Program-made: the position numbers and the translations under genes
The notes under the pieces: model-generated
What the model was told of the DNA's origin: nothing
Seen by the model: the letters and a program-made list of their open reading frames with translations, nothing else
The model's database searches: none
Shown: in pieces, positions 41,077-51,009 of the stretch
Layout of the letters: each line of letters begins with the position of its first letter
Position numbering within the stretch: position 1 is the stretch's first letter
Origin: Gammaproteobacteria bacterium
GTDB lineage: Bacteria; Pseudomonadota; Gammaproteobacteria; JBCCGL01
DNA: 64,000 nt
Direction: 5' to 3'
Assembly (NCBI GenBank): GCA_965277715.1
Contig: OZ255836.1
Span: forward strand, 1,120,001 to 1,184,000

Positions 41077-44000
41077 GTGCTGATCGACAACAGGAAAACA
41101 GGCAAAATCGGCGATACCCTCAAAGCCTCCCTCAATGGTGGCTCAAGGCTATCTATCTTAAGCGGCCTGTTCTCCATCTATGCCTTTGACGCGCTGAAAA
41201 AAGAGCTATCAAGAGCGCGTAATACCCGACTGCTGTTTACACAATTGGGCTTTCACGACAGTACTGTAGATACCAACATCGAGCCCCAGCTAAATGGTGA
41301 TAGGTTCGAATTACGGCTCCGCAATCAGTTAAACCAAGCCAAGATCGCAGCCGAATGTGCCAAGTGGATAGAGAAGCAGGCACAGGTGAAGACCGCTGTT
41401 CGCTCCGGGCTCATTCCCCAAACACTGTTTCACGTCTCCAATGAAGACGACGAGAGCATCGCCATCCAGGGCAGCTCTCAATTCACCAGCACTGGATTGG
41501 GCTATACCGAATCCGACAGCTTTGACATGAACATGTGCGTCAAGGATTTGGAGAACACCAAGGGCTTGCTGCAGTGGTTCGACAGTCTCTGGACCAATGA
41601 AACGATGGTCGCTGATGCCAAGGAACTACTGCTCAAACAGCTAAACTACCTGGCAGAAGAAAAGCCGGCTCAATTCATTTACTTCGTCACCCTCTATAAC
41701 CTGTTCAAGGATTATCTGGAGGAGTTTGACGAGGAAAAAATCATCAAGAGCAAGACAGGCTTTAAAAACACCCTGGTCTGGAACAAGCTCTACAAATTCC
41801 AGCGTGATGGCGTCATTGGCGCCATTGACAAGCTCGAAACACACAATGGTTGCATCATCGCAGACAGCGTTGGTCTGGGTAAGACCTTCGAGGCCCTCGC
41901 TATCATCAAGTATTACGAACTCCGTAATGACCGCATACTTGTCCTGTGTCCTAAAAAGCTCAGGGACAATTGGACGCTCTACACGATCAATGACAAACGC
42001 AATCTTCTTGCAGCGGACCGGTTCAATTACGACGTCCTTAACCATACCGATCTCAGTCGCACATCAGGCCATTCTGGCGAGATCAACCTGGCGACGCTGA
42101 ATTGGGGCAACTACGACCTGATTGTCATCGACGAGTCCCACAACTTTCGCAACAACAACCCGACCAAGGAAACCAAGACCCGCTACCGCCGCTTGATGGA
42201 AGACATCGTCCAGTCCGGCGTAAAGACCAAGGTGCTGATGCTATCCGCAACGCCTGTCAACAATCGCATGAACGACCTGAAGAACCAGGTAGCCTTTATG
42301 ACGGAAGGAAGTGACGGCGCCTTCTCTGAATTTAGCATCTCCAGCATCGACAAGACCTTGCGCCTGGCGCAAAAGCAATTCAACCAGTGGAACAAGCAAC
42401 CAGTTGAAACCCGCACGGTTGAATCACTGCTGGATAGCATGAGCTTCGATTACTTCAAACTGCTTGATCTGGTCACGATTGCCAGATCACGCAAGCACAT
42501 CGAAAAATATTATGGCACAGAGGATATCGGTGAATTCCCGACACGCCTCCCGCCGATTAACGTCAAAGCGGATATCGACATACAAGACGACTATCCACCA
42601 CTTAAGGAGGTGAACCGGGATATTCGCCGCCTACACCTGGCTGCATACTCACCGTTGAAATACGTCCGAGCCGACAAACAGGAAGAGTACAGCCGCAAAT
42701 ACGACATGGAAGTAGGCGGCGGGAAAGGAAAATTCAAACAGTTGGATCGTGAAGCGAGCTTGATTCACCTGATGCGGGTCAATCTGCTCAAACGCATGGA
42801 AAGCTCCATCTACTCCTTCGGCCTTACGGTAGAAAAGCTGTTAGCCCAAGTCGACGGTCTGCTGGACAAAATCCATAACCACACCACCCAGGAAATCGAG
42901 GAGGTCAACGTCGAGGAGGCTGAGCTCGACTCACCGGAACTGGCTGATCTGGTGGCCGGCAACAAAACCAAGGTGTTAATCCAGGACACTGATCAGGTGT
43001 TATGGAAACAAGACCTCGAAGAAGATAAAGCACTACTGGAAAAACTGCTGGCCGACGCCAAGCGCATTGATGCTGGCAGAGACGCCAAACTCAAGAGCCT
43101 GAAGGAAACGATCTCAGCAAAGGTCCATCAGCCAATCAATCGAGACAACAACAAGGTCATCGTCTTCACCGCTTTCGCGGATACAGCGATGTACTTGTAT
43201 CAACATATCACCACATGGGCCAAGGACGAACTTGGATTATTCAGTGCCATCGTAACGGGTGGTGGTGGCAACAAGACCAACCTAACCGGTATTGGCAGTG
43301 ACTTTAACAACCTCCTCACGGCCTTCTCGCCCCGTTCCAAAGAGCGCGACAAGATCGACCCCGAGGCTACGAATGAGATCGATATCCTGATTGCGACGGA
43401 CTGTATCTCGGAAGGCCAGAACCTCCAGGACTGCGACGCCCTCATCAACTACGACATTCACTGGAATCCGGTTCGCATTATCCAGCGGTTTGGCAGGGTT
43501 GATCGGCTTGGCTCAACAAATACCCAGATCCAACTCATCAACTTCTGGCCCAACATGGAGCTGGACGAATATATCAACCTCGAAGCACGCGTCTCCGGCC
43601 GCATGGTGCTGCTGGACATCTCCGCCACAGGTGAAGAAAACGTCATCGATGAAAACAGTCAGGAGATGAACGATCTCGAGTATCGCCGTAAGCAACTCCA
43701 ACAACTACAAGAAGCCTTGGTCGATCTTGAAGAGATGGCGGGTGGCATATCCATTACCGACCTGACGCTCAACGACTTCCGCATGGATCTCCTGGATTAT
43801 CTCAAGTCCAACCCCGGCGCTCTGGAACAGGCGCCTTCAGGGTTATTCTCCGTCGTCACACTGGATGACGAAGCGATCCATGATGGCATTAGTCCCGGCG
43901 TCATATTCTGTCTACGAAACATCCAGACAGGAAGTAAAGCTGTTTCGGTAGACGAAAACTATCCCTTAGCCCCTCACTTTCTGGTTTACGTTGCGGGCGA

Positions 44001-44322
44001 TGGCCTGGTGCAGCTCAACTTTACCCAGAGCAAAAAGATACTCGACCTTTTGAAGCAGCAAGCCTTCCAGCGGGAAGCGATAAATTCCAGCGCCTTCCAG
44101 CTGTTCTATCAGAACACAAGCAAAGGCGCTGAAATGGGCCACTATCAGGAACTGTTGGCAATCGCGATAGACAGCATCGTTGGCAAGAGCGAAGAGAAAG
44201 GCACCCAGAGCCTGTTCACCCGCGGAGGCACGGTACTCACTCCAACCAGCAGCCAGGGCATCGAAGACTTTGAAGTGGTCAGTTACCTCATCCTACTGGA
44301 TGAAGGAATTAGCACGCCATGA
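41077..44322 (+). CDS. SNF2-family helicase with an N-terminal PLD-like domain
   Basis: Motifs ADSVGLGKT, DESH, SATP, SEGQNLQ and QRFGRVDR. N-terminal GSS.FT..GL PLD half-motif. Confidence 0.85.
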   Translation: MLIDNRKTGKIGDTLKASLNGGSRLSILSGLFSIYAFDALKKELSRARNTRLLFTQLGFHDSTVDTNIEPQLNGDRFELRLRNQLNQAKIAAECAKWIEKQAQVKTAVRSGLIPQTLFHVSNEDDESIAIQGSSQFTSTGLGYTESDSFDMNMCVKDLENTKGLLQWFDSLWTNETMVADAKELLLKQLNYLAEEKPAQFIYFVTLYNLFKDYLEEFDEEKIIKSKTGFKNTLVWNKLYKFQRDGVIGAIDKLETHNGCIIADSVGLGKTFEALAIIKYYELRNDRILVLCPKKLRDNWTLYTINDKRNLLAADRFNYDVLNHTDLSRTSGHSGEINLATLNWGNYDLIVIDESHNFRNNNPTKETKTRYRRLMEDIVQSGVKTKVLMLSATPVNNRMNDLKNQVAFMTEGSDGAFSEFSISSIDKTLRLAQKQFNQWNKQPVETRTVESLLDSMSFDYFKLLDLVTIARSRKHIEKYYGTEDIGEFPTRLPPINVKADIDIQDDYPPLKEVNRDIRRLHLAAYSPLKYVRADKQEEYSRKYDMEVGGGKGKFKQLDREASLIHLMRVNLLKRMESSIYSFGLTVEKLLAQVDGLLDKIHNHTTQEIEEVNVEEAELDSPELADLVAGNKTKVLIQDTDQVLWKQDLEEDKALLEKLLADAKRIDAGRDAKLKSLKETISAKVHQPINRDNNKVIVFTAFADTAMYLYQHITTWAKDELGLFSAIVTGGGGNKTNLTGIGSDFNNLLTAFSPRSKERDKIDPEATNEIDILIATDCISEGQNLQDCDALINYDIHWNPVRIIQRFGRVDRLGSTNTQIQLINFWPNMELDEYINLEARVSGRMVLLDISATGEENVIDENSQEMNDLEYRRKQLQQLQEALVDLEEMAGGISITDLTLNDFRMDLLDYLKSNPGALEQAPSGLFSVVTLDDEAIHDGISPGVIFCLRNIQTGSKAVSVDENYPLAPHFLVYVAGDGLVQLNFTQSKKILDLLKQQAFQREAINSSAFQLFYQNTSKGAEMGHYQELLAIAIDSIVGKSEEKGTQSLFTRGGTVLTPTSSQGIEDFEVVSYLILLDEGISTP

Positions 44323-45122
44323 CGGGCCAGGAACAACAGCACATTACCGAACAACTTTGGCAGTCAATGAATCTGCCCGAGTCCTGTTTACTGAACAGCC
44401 GTATCTACAAAAAGATGCTGCTCGAGTCTACCGACCTTAGCAATAACGATAAAAAAGTCATCACTGAGGATATCGATACGCTGGGATGGCGTTACACCCT
44501 GAAGCCGGAAACGATCAGTATCCCCAAAATACAGACAGATGAATTTGATTATCCGGAAATTGCTGTCATCCATGTAACGCTAAAAAGCCCCAAGCGCGTA
44601 AAACGACTGGTTGAGATTATCCAGCGCGCCATCCCCTATCCGTTGGCGCTCGTCATCAGCCATGACAACAGGCTCTGGTTGAGCCTAGCCAACAAGCGTC
44701 AAAGCCTGGCTGACAGTCAAAAACTGATGGTGGAGGCCTTTTTTGATAGCAATTGGATCGACGGCAATTCCTCCGATCCCATCGAACAAGCATTTATCGC
44801 CTCACTGGATTGCAAACAGCTCGACTGGACCAACTTCTACACCTTATATCAAGGGTATGTAGAGCGCATGCTCGCCTTACAGGCCGCCAGGCATACGGGG
44901 CAATTCCGGCTCCAAAACCCACATGAAGTTGATGCGAACGCAAATGCCAGTCCAACGCGAGACCGGCAGACACTATTGCAGGACATCCGACAACTTGAAG
45001 AAGAGGAAAGCAGTCTCAAGACTTCCCTCAAAAGTGAGACACAGTTCAATCGCAGGCTGGCGCTGAACATGAGTATCAAGCGCTGCCAGCAACAGATTCA
45101 GAAATTAACGAACGACTTATAA
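44319..45122 (+). CDS. DUF4391-like protein
   Basis: I.RAIPYP and a C-terminal ETQFNRR..LN coiled coil. ATGA-coupled to the helicase. Confidence 0.75.
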   Translation: MTGQEQQHITEQLWQSMNLPESCLLNSRIYKKMLLESTDLSNNDKKVITEDIDTLGWRYTLKPETISIPKIQTDEFDYPEIAVIHVTLKSPKRVKRLVEIIQRAIPYPLALVISHDNRLWLSLANKRQSLADSQKLMVEAFFDSNWIDGNSSDPIEQAFIASLDCKQLDWTNFYTLYQGYVERMLALQAARHTGQFRLQNPHEVDANANASPTRDRQTLLQDIRQLEEEESSLKTSLKSETQFNRRLALNMSIKRCQQQIQKLTNDL

Positions 45123-45135
45123 GTAAAGGCCACCC

Positions 45136-47025
45136 ATGGAAAAGATCACCAAAAAAGACCCGCAGAGCCAAAGTGCTGACATCGTCACGGAGAATATCGA
45201 AAAACTCCAGGCGCTGTTTCCTGAGATCATCACGGAAGGTGATGGTGAGAAAAAAATCGATTTTGAAACGCTCAAAGAGGTGCTGGGTGAGCACATCGAA
45301 GGCAAGGAAGAGCGATACAGCTTCAACTGGCATGGAAAATCCAGGGCCAGGCGCCTGGCCCAGACCCCTTCAACCGGCACTTTACTCCCTTGCAAGGAAG
45401 AGTCTGTCGATTGGGATACCACCCAGAACTTATTTATTGAAGGCGATAACCTGGAGGTGCTCAAGCTCCTGCAAAAGAGTTATCACAAGAAAGTGAAGAT
45501 GATCTACATCGATCCGCCGTATAACACAGGTAAGGAGTTCATCTATCCAGATAATTTTGCAGATAACCTTGACACATATCTAAAGTACACCGGACAAAAG
45601 GATAGCGAAGGACGTAAGTTCTCGACAAACACTGAACAATCTGGCCGCTTTCATACAAATTGGTTAAATATGATGCTTCCACGCCTAAAAGTAGCACGGA
45701 ACCTTTTGCGTGATGATGGAGTTATATTTTGTTCTATAGACGACAATGAGGTCACTAATTTAAGGCAACTATGTGATGAAGTTTTTGGTGAAGAAAACTT
45801 TATCGCTACAGTCATATGGCAAAGGGTATATAGTCCTAAGAATTCTGCAAAATATTTTTCTGAGGATCATGACTATATCGTTGTATACGCCAAGAATGCA
45901 TCACTGTGGCAACCCACTCTATTACCAAGAAGTGATGAGGCTAATGCGCGTTATCAAAATACAGACAATGATCCAAGAGGGCCTTGGAAGTCAAGTGACC
46001 TGACTGCAAGAAATTACTACTCGGAAGGTCAATACAAGGTGGTAGGACCTACAGGAAAAGAATTTTTACCAGGCAAAGGGCGTTATTGGCGACAATCAGA
46101 AAAGAAATTTCATGAAATGGATGCTGATAATCAGATATGGTGGGGACCTAACAATGATGCCTACCCTGCGCAGAAGCGCTTTCTATCTGATGTGAAACAA
46201 GGAATGGTCCCTCAGACACTTTGGCAATACTCCCTTGTCGGTCATACACAAGAAGCAAAGAAGGAATTATTAGAGTTTGTTGAATTTGAAAACACCGAGA
46301 ACTCTTTAAATTCTGTAAAGCCAACACGCCTTCTTCGCCAAGCATTGAAAATAGGCACTACAACAAGCGATGAAGATATTGTTCTGGATTTCTTCGCTGG
46401 AAGCGCGCCTTTAGCCCATGCGGTTATCGCACAAAACGCAGAAGATGGCGGAAGTCGTAAATTCATTCTTGTTCAAATCCCTGAGCCATTGAAGATCGAG
46501 GAAGATAGAGTTAAAACAATTGCCGACTTGGGCAAATCTCGTATTAGAAATGCAGGCAACAAAGTTCTTAAAGACGCCCAAAGCAAGACAAACTCTACTA
46601 ATCTCGATATCGGGTTCAAACTCTTTAAGCTTGATGCAACAAATATTCTTCCATGGGAAACCGACTTTGAAAACCTTGAAGATCAGTTGGCTCTGAGCGT
46701 TGACAGTGTCAAAACCGATAGAACAACGGAAGATGTACTCTACGAGATACTGCTCAAATACGGCCTTGATCTGACACTGCCGATCAAAGAGCACAAAATC
46801 AGCGGCAAAACCGTCTATGACGTCGGTATGGGGGCGCTGATAGTTTGCCTGGATGATGTGGTCAGCATTGAAATCGTGGAAGGCATCGGCAAGCTGAAGG
46901 ATGAGTTGAAGCCAGAAGTGATGCGCGTTGTCTTCAAGGATGCTGGTTTCGCCGATGATGTGGTCAAAACCAATGCCGTGCAGGTGCTCAAGCAGTTCGG
47001 CATCGACGACGTCAGAAGCATATAA
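45136..47025 (+). CDS. mod: Type III restriction-modification methyltransferase
   Basis: Motifs IEGDNLEVLKLL, catalytic IDPPYNTG and SAM-binding LDFFAGS. Confidence 0.9.
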   Translation: MEKITKKDPQSQSADIVTENIEKLQALFPEIITEGDGEKKIDFETLKEVLGEHIEGKEERYSFNWHGKSRARRLAQTPSTGTLLPCKEESVDWDTTQNLFIEGDNLEVLKLLQKSYHKKVKMIYIDPPYNTGKEFIYPDNFADNLDTYLKYTGQKDSEGRKFSTNTEQSGRFHTNWLNMMLPRLKVARNLLRDDGVIFCSIDDNEVTNLRQLCDEVFGEENFIATVIWQRVYSPKNSAKYFSEDHDYIVVYAKNASLWQPTLLPRSDEANARYQNTDNDPRGPWKSSDLTARNYYSEGQYKVVGPTGKEFLPGKGRYWRQSEKKFHEMDADNQIWWGPNNDAYPAQKRFLSDVKQGMVPQTLWQYSLVGHTQEAKKELLEFVEFENTENSLNSVKPTRLLRQALKIGTTTSDEDIVLDFFAGSAPLAHAVIAQNAEDGGSRKFILVQIPEPLKIEEDRVKTIADLGKSRIRNAGNKVLKDAQSKTNSTNLDIGFKLFKLDATNILPWETDFENLEDQLALSVDSVKTDRTTEDVLYEILLKYGLDLTLPIKEHKISGKTVYDVGMGALIVCLDDVVSIEIVEGIGKLKDELKPEVMRVVFKDAGFADDVVKTNAVQVLKQFGIDDVRSI

Positions 47026-47037
47026 GAGGAGCTGGAA

Positions 47038-50000
47038 ATGAAGATTCAATTCAACCCGGACCTCACCTACCAGAAGGACGCTGTTGAAGCTGTTGTCGGT
47101 ATCTTTGAAGGCCAGGAGACATGCCGAACCACCTTCACGGTGACGTCTGCCCCTGTGGTCGACAAGCACGGACAGATGGATGCTCTGGCGGCCTCTGAAC
47201 AAAACGATCTCGGCATAGGAAACCGCCTGCGCCTAATCGAAGAAGAGCTTCTCGAAAACACACAAGAAGTACAGTTAGTCAACGGGCTCAAACAGTCAAA
47301 TGCTTTGAATGGCAAAGACTTCACCATTGAGATGGAGACCGGCACTGGAAAAACCTATGTCTATCTACGCTCGATTTTTGAGCTAAACCGGAAGTACGGC
47401 TTCACCAAATTCATCGTCGTTGTCCCCTCTGTGGCAATCAAGGAAGGTGTCTACAAGTCCTTGCAGATCACCGAGGAACACTTCCATACGCTCTACGACA
47501 ACGCGCAGTTTGACTACTTTGTTTACGATTCCTCCAAACGAGAACAGGTGCGCAGCTTTGCCACCAATGACTACATTCAGGTCATGGTGATCAACATCGA
47601 TGCCTTCCGTAAGAGCTTCACCGATCCCAGCAAAGAGACCAAGGCTAACCTGATCCATCGCGCAGATGACCGCCTGAGCGGCATGAAGCCAATTGAGTTT
47701 ATCCGCTCCACCAATCCAATTGTAATTATCGACGAACCTCAGAGCGTGGACACGACAGCCAAGTCAAAAGAGGCCATTGCTTCGCTCAATCCACTCTGCA
47801 CCTTCCGCTACTCAGCCACCCATGTGGACAAACACAATCCGCTCTACAAACTGGATTCCATCGATGCCTACGAGCATAAGTTGGTCAAGCAGATCGAGGT
47901 GGCATCGCTGAATGTTCAGGATGGACACAACAAGGCCTATATTAAACTCTTGAGCGTCGACAACCGAAAATCGCCTATCACCGCTCAGATTGAACTGGAT
48001 GTGAACCAGGCCGGCGGCGTGAAGCGTATGAAAAAGAAGGTTAAAGCCGGGGATGACCTGCTGGAGCTTTCAAAGGGCCGAGATCTCTATGATGGTTATG
48101 TAATTAATGACATTTTCTGTGGTGAAGGCAATGAATACATCGACTTCACCAGTAAACCCGACGTGATTCGCCTCGGCGAAGCCATCGGCGGTGTCGATGA
48201 CGATGCCCAGAAACGCCTGCAGATCCGCAAGACTATCGAGGAACATCTGGAGAAAGAGCTCAAACTGGTTCCCCAGGGAATCAAGGTCTTGAGCCTGTTC
48301 TTTATCGACCGGGTCGCTAACTATCGCAGCTACAACGATGAAGGCCAGATGCTCAAAGGCAAGTATGCCCAGTGGTTTGAGGAGGAGTACCGCCAGATCG
48401 TTTCCAAACCAAAGTTCCAATCTCTCTTTGCAGAGATCGACCTTGGCCTGGACCCCGAAGAGGTACACAACGGCTACTTCGCCGCGGACAAGCGCAAGAA
48501 AACCGACCCGGACAACCTGATTCGCTACAAAGACTCTTCCGGCAGTACCGCCGATGATGAAAGCGCCTACAACCTCATCATGAAGGAGAAGGAAACTTTG
48601 CTGTCTTTTCCTTTACCCGGTGATAGCGAACATACGCTCAGGAAAAAGAGAGTACGCTTCATTTTCTCCCATTCTGCCCTGCGCGAAGGCTGGGATAACC
48701 CCAACGTGTTCCAGATCTGCACCCTGAATGAGACGGCCTCGACCATTAAAAAGCGCCAGGAAATCGGCCGAGGGCTCCGGCTAGCGGTTAATCAGGACGG
48801 AAAGCGGGTCCATGGATTCGACATCAACACCCTGACTGTAATGGCTAACGAGTCCTACGAGGACTTCGTGAAACAGCTTCAAAAAGAGATCGAGGACGAA
48901 GAAGGCATTCGCTTTGGTCTGGTGGAGCAGCACCAGTTTGCCAACATTGTCGTAGCCCACGAAGGTGAAAAGCCAAAGTTCCTGGGTGCAGAGCAATCAG
49001 AGAAGGTTTGGCAGCACCTGGTAGATCAGGGGTACATCGATACCAAGGGCAAGGTTCAGGACAAACTTAAACTAGACCTCAAAGACAACAAGGTGACATT
49101 GCCATACGAAGTACAGGAACTGGCAGGTCCGATCTCCGCCTTATTGAAGAAGGTTGCCGGTGGCCTGAATGTTAAAAACAAAGATGACCGTACAGCTGTC
49201 AAGCTCAACAAGCAGGTCTACCTCAGTGACGACTTCAAAGAGCTCTGGGACCGCATTAAGCACAAGACCGTCTACCGGGTGGATTTCTCTCCAGAAGCGC
49301 TGATCGACAAGTGCGCAAAGGAAATCGAGAAAAACCTGATAGTCGGCAGGACGCGGTTCAACTATGACAAAGCGAAGGTTGCCACCGAACGCAGCGGCCT
49401 GGAAGTAAGGGATGAAACCTCGCAAACCCACGTCTACGACATAAGGGATTATCAGCTGCCGGATATCGTCAGCTTTTTACAGAACGAAACAAATCTGACT
49501 CGTCGATCTATTGTGGCCATCTTGTAGAAATGCAATCGCCTGAAGGACTTTAAGAACAACCCACAAAAATTTATCGATGAAGTAACTGCCATAATCATCA
49601 ACCAGATGCGGCTGTTCATTGTGGACGGGATCAGGTACCGAAAGATCGGGGACGAACATTTTTATGCTCAAGAGCTATTTGAGGACCAGGAACTCACGGG
49701 CTATCTGAACAAGAATATGCTGGAGACACAGAAGTCAGTCTACGACCATGTCGTGTACGACTCCGACATTGAGGAGACCTTCGCTCGCGCCTTCGAAAAG
49801 AGTCCAGATATCAAGCTCTACGCCAAACTACCCGGCTGGTTCAAGATCGACACCCCCCTGGGCGGCTATAACCCTGACTGGGCGGTATTGGTGGAACAGG
49901 ATGGTAACGAGAAGCTGTATTTTGTCGTCGAAACGAAAAGCAGTTTGTTCAGTGATGCATTACGCCCGAAGGAACAAGCGAAAATTGATTATGGAACCGC

Positions 50001-50076
50001 CCACTTCGAAGCTTTGGGGCAAGAAGCCAAGTTCATTAAGGCCAACGACTATGATTCGTTTACGGCTCAGTATTGA
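47038..50076 (+). pseudogene. res: Type III restriction endonuclease Res interrupted by one in-frame TAG (49525-49527)
   Basis: Helicase motifs METGTGKT, DEPQ, YSAT and QEIGRGLR. The frame continues past the TAG (KCNRLKDFKNNPQKF...) into the YNPDWA...VETK nuclease domain. Confidence 0.85.
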
Positions 50077-50113
50077 TAACGAGACAAACCTAAGAACTAA
50101 CGAGTGAAACCCT

Positions 50114-50968
50114 ATGGTAACTTATGATCAATTGATGCTACCGCTACTGAAAGCCCTGGTAAACCTAGGCGGCTCTGGCAGCATTGACGAAATCTACGAA
50201 GAAGTTGTCGAGCTCGAGAATTTCGACGAAGAAACTCTTGCCCTCCTTCATAACCCAGAAAAAAGCAATCAAACCGAAGTAGGTTATCGCCTGGCCTGGG
50301 CGCGGACATATCTGAAAAAGGCTGGCTATCTTGAAAATTCATCCCGATGGGTTTGGGCACTCACCGAAAAAGCCAAGAAGGCCGACACAATAGATAGCCG
50401 TGAGATCGTTAGCTATGTGCGTTCTCTATCTCCCTCTACAAAATCCGAGGACACGAGCCCGGAAGACCCAACTACAGCGGTTGATGATTTACCGGAGGAA
50501 ACTCAGGCATGGCGAGAAAGGCTTCACCATATTCTGATCGAAGAGATGACGCCGGACGCATTTGAACGCCTGACCCAGCGTCTGTTGCGTGAGTCTGGCT
50601 TTGTTCATGTTGAAGTCACTGGACGCACCGGAGATGGAGGCATTGACGGCAAAGGCATCGCTCGCATCAATGGGCTCATGAGTTTTCATATCGCATTTCA
50701 GTGTAAAAAGTACAAAGGCTCTGTCAGTGCCTCTGACATCCGTGATTTCCGTGGCGCCACTGTCGGTCGTGCCGACCGCGGAATGTTTATCACTACGGGC
50801 AGCTTTACCAAATCAGCAATTGAAGAAGCCAATAGAGACGACGCAGCTCCCATTGACCTAGTCGATGGCGATCAACTAGCAGACAAACTGAAAGAGTTGA
50901 CGCTGGGTGTAAAGACAGAACTTGTTGAAAAGGTCACCGTTGAGCCGGAATGGTTTTTTAGCCTGTAG
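50114..50968 (+). CDS. mrr: Mrr-family type IV restriction endonuclease
   Basis: Mrr_N (RLAWARTYLKKAG) plus Mrr_cat (DGGIDG...QCKKY...FITT..FT). Confidence 0.9.
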   Translation: MVTYDQLMLPLLKALVNLGGSGSIDEIYEEVVELENFDEETLALLHNPEKSNQTEVGYRLAWARTYLKKAGYLENSSRWVWALTEKAKKADTIDSREIVSYVRSLSPSTKSEDTSPEDPTTAVDDLPEETQAWRERLHHILIEEMTPDAFERLTQRLLRESGFVHVEVTGRTGDGGIDGKGIARINGLMSFHIAFQCKKYKGSVSASDIRDFRGATVGRADRGMFITTGSFTKSAIEEANRDDAAPIDLVDGDQLADKLKELTLGVKTELVEKVTVEPEWFFSL

Positions 50969-51009
50969 TGAGCTGCTATGGAATTAGGCGATCAACCAAA
51001 GAGGACCTT

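Noticed and set aside
45136-47025. Phase-variable mod (phasevarion)
   Set aside because: No simple-sequence repeat tract is seen. The longest run noticed is a short poly-A near 45250.
49525-49527. Programmed pyrrolysine recoding of the res TAG
   Set aside because: No pyl genes are in the window and TAG is used as a normal stop in several genes. A nonsense mutation or sequencing error is simpler.
40160-50968. BREX or DISARM assignment for the WYL/SNF2/methyltransferase cluster
   Set aside because: There is no PglZ, BrxC or PglX, and no DrmA/DrmB (DUF1998). The methyltransferase and helicase-nuclease are type III Mod/Res.
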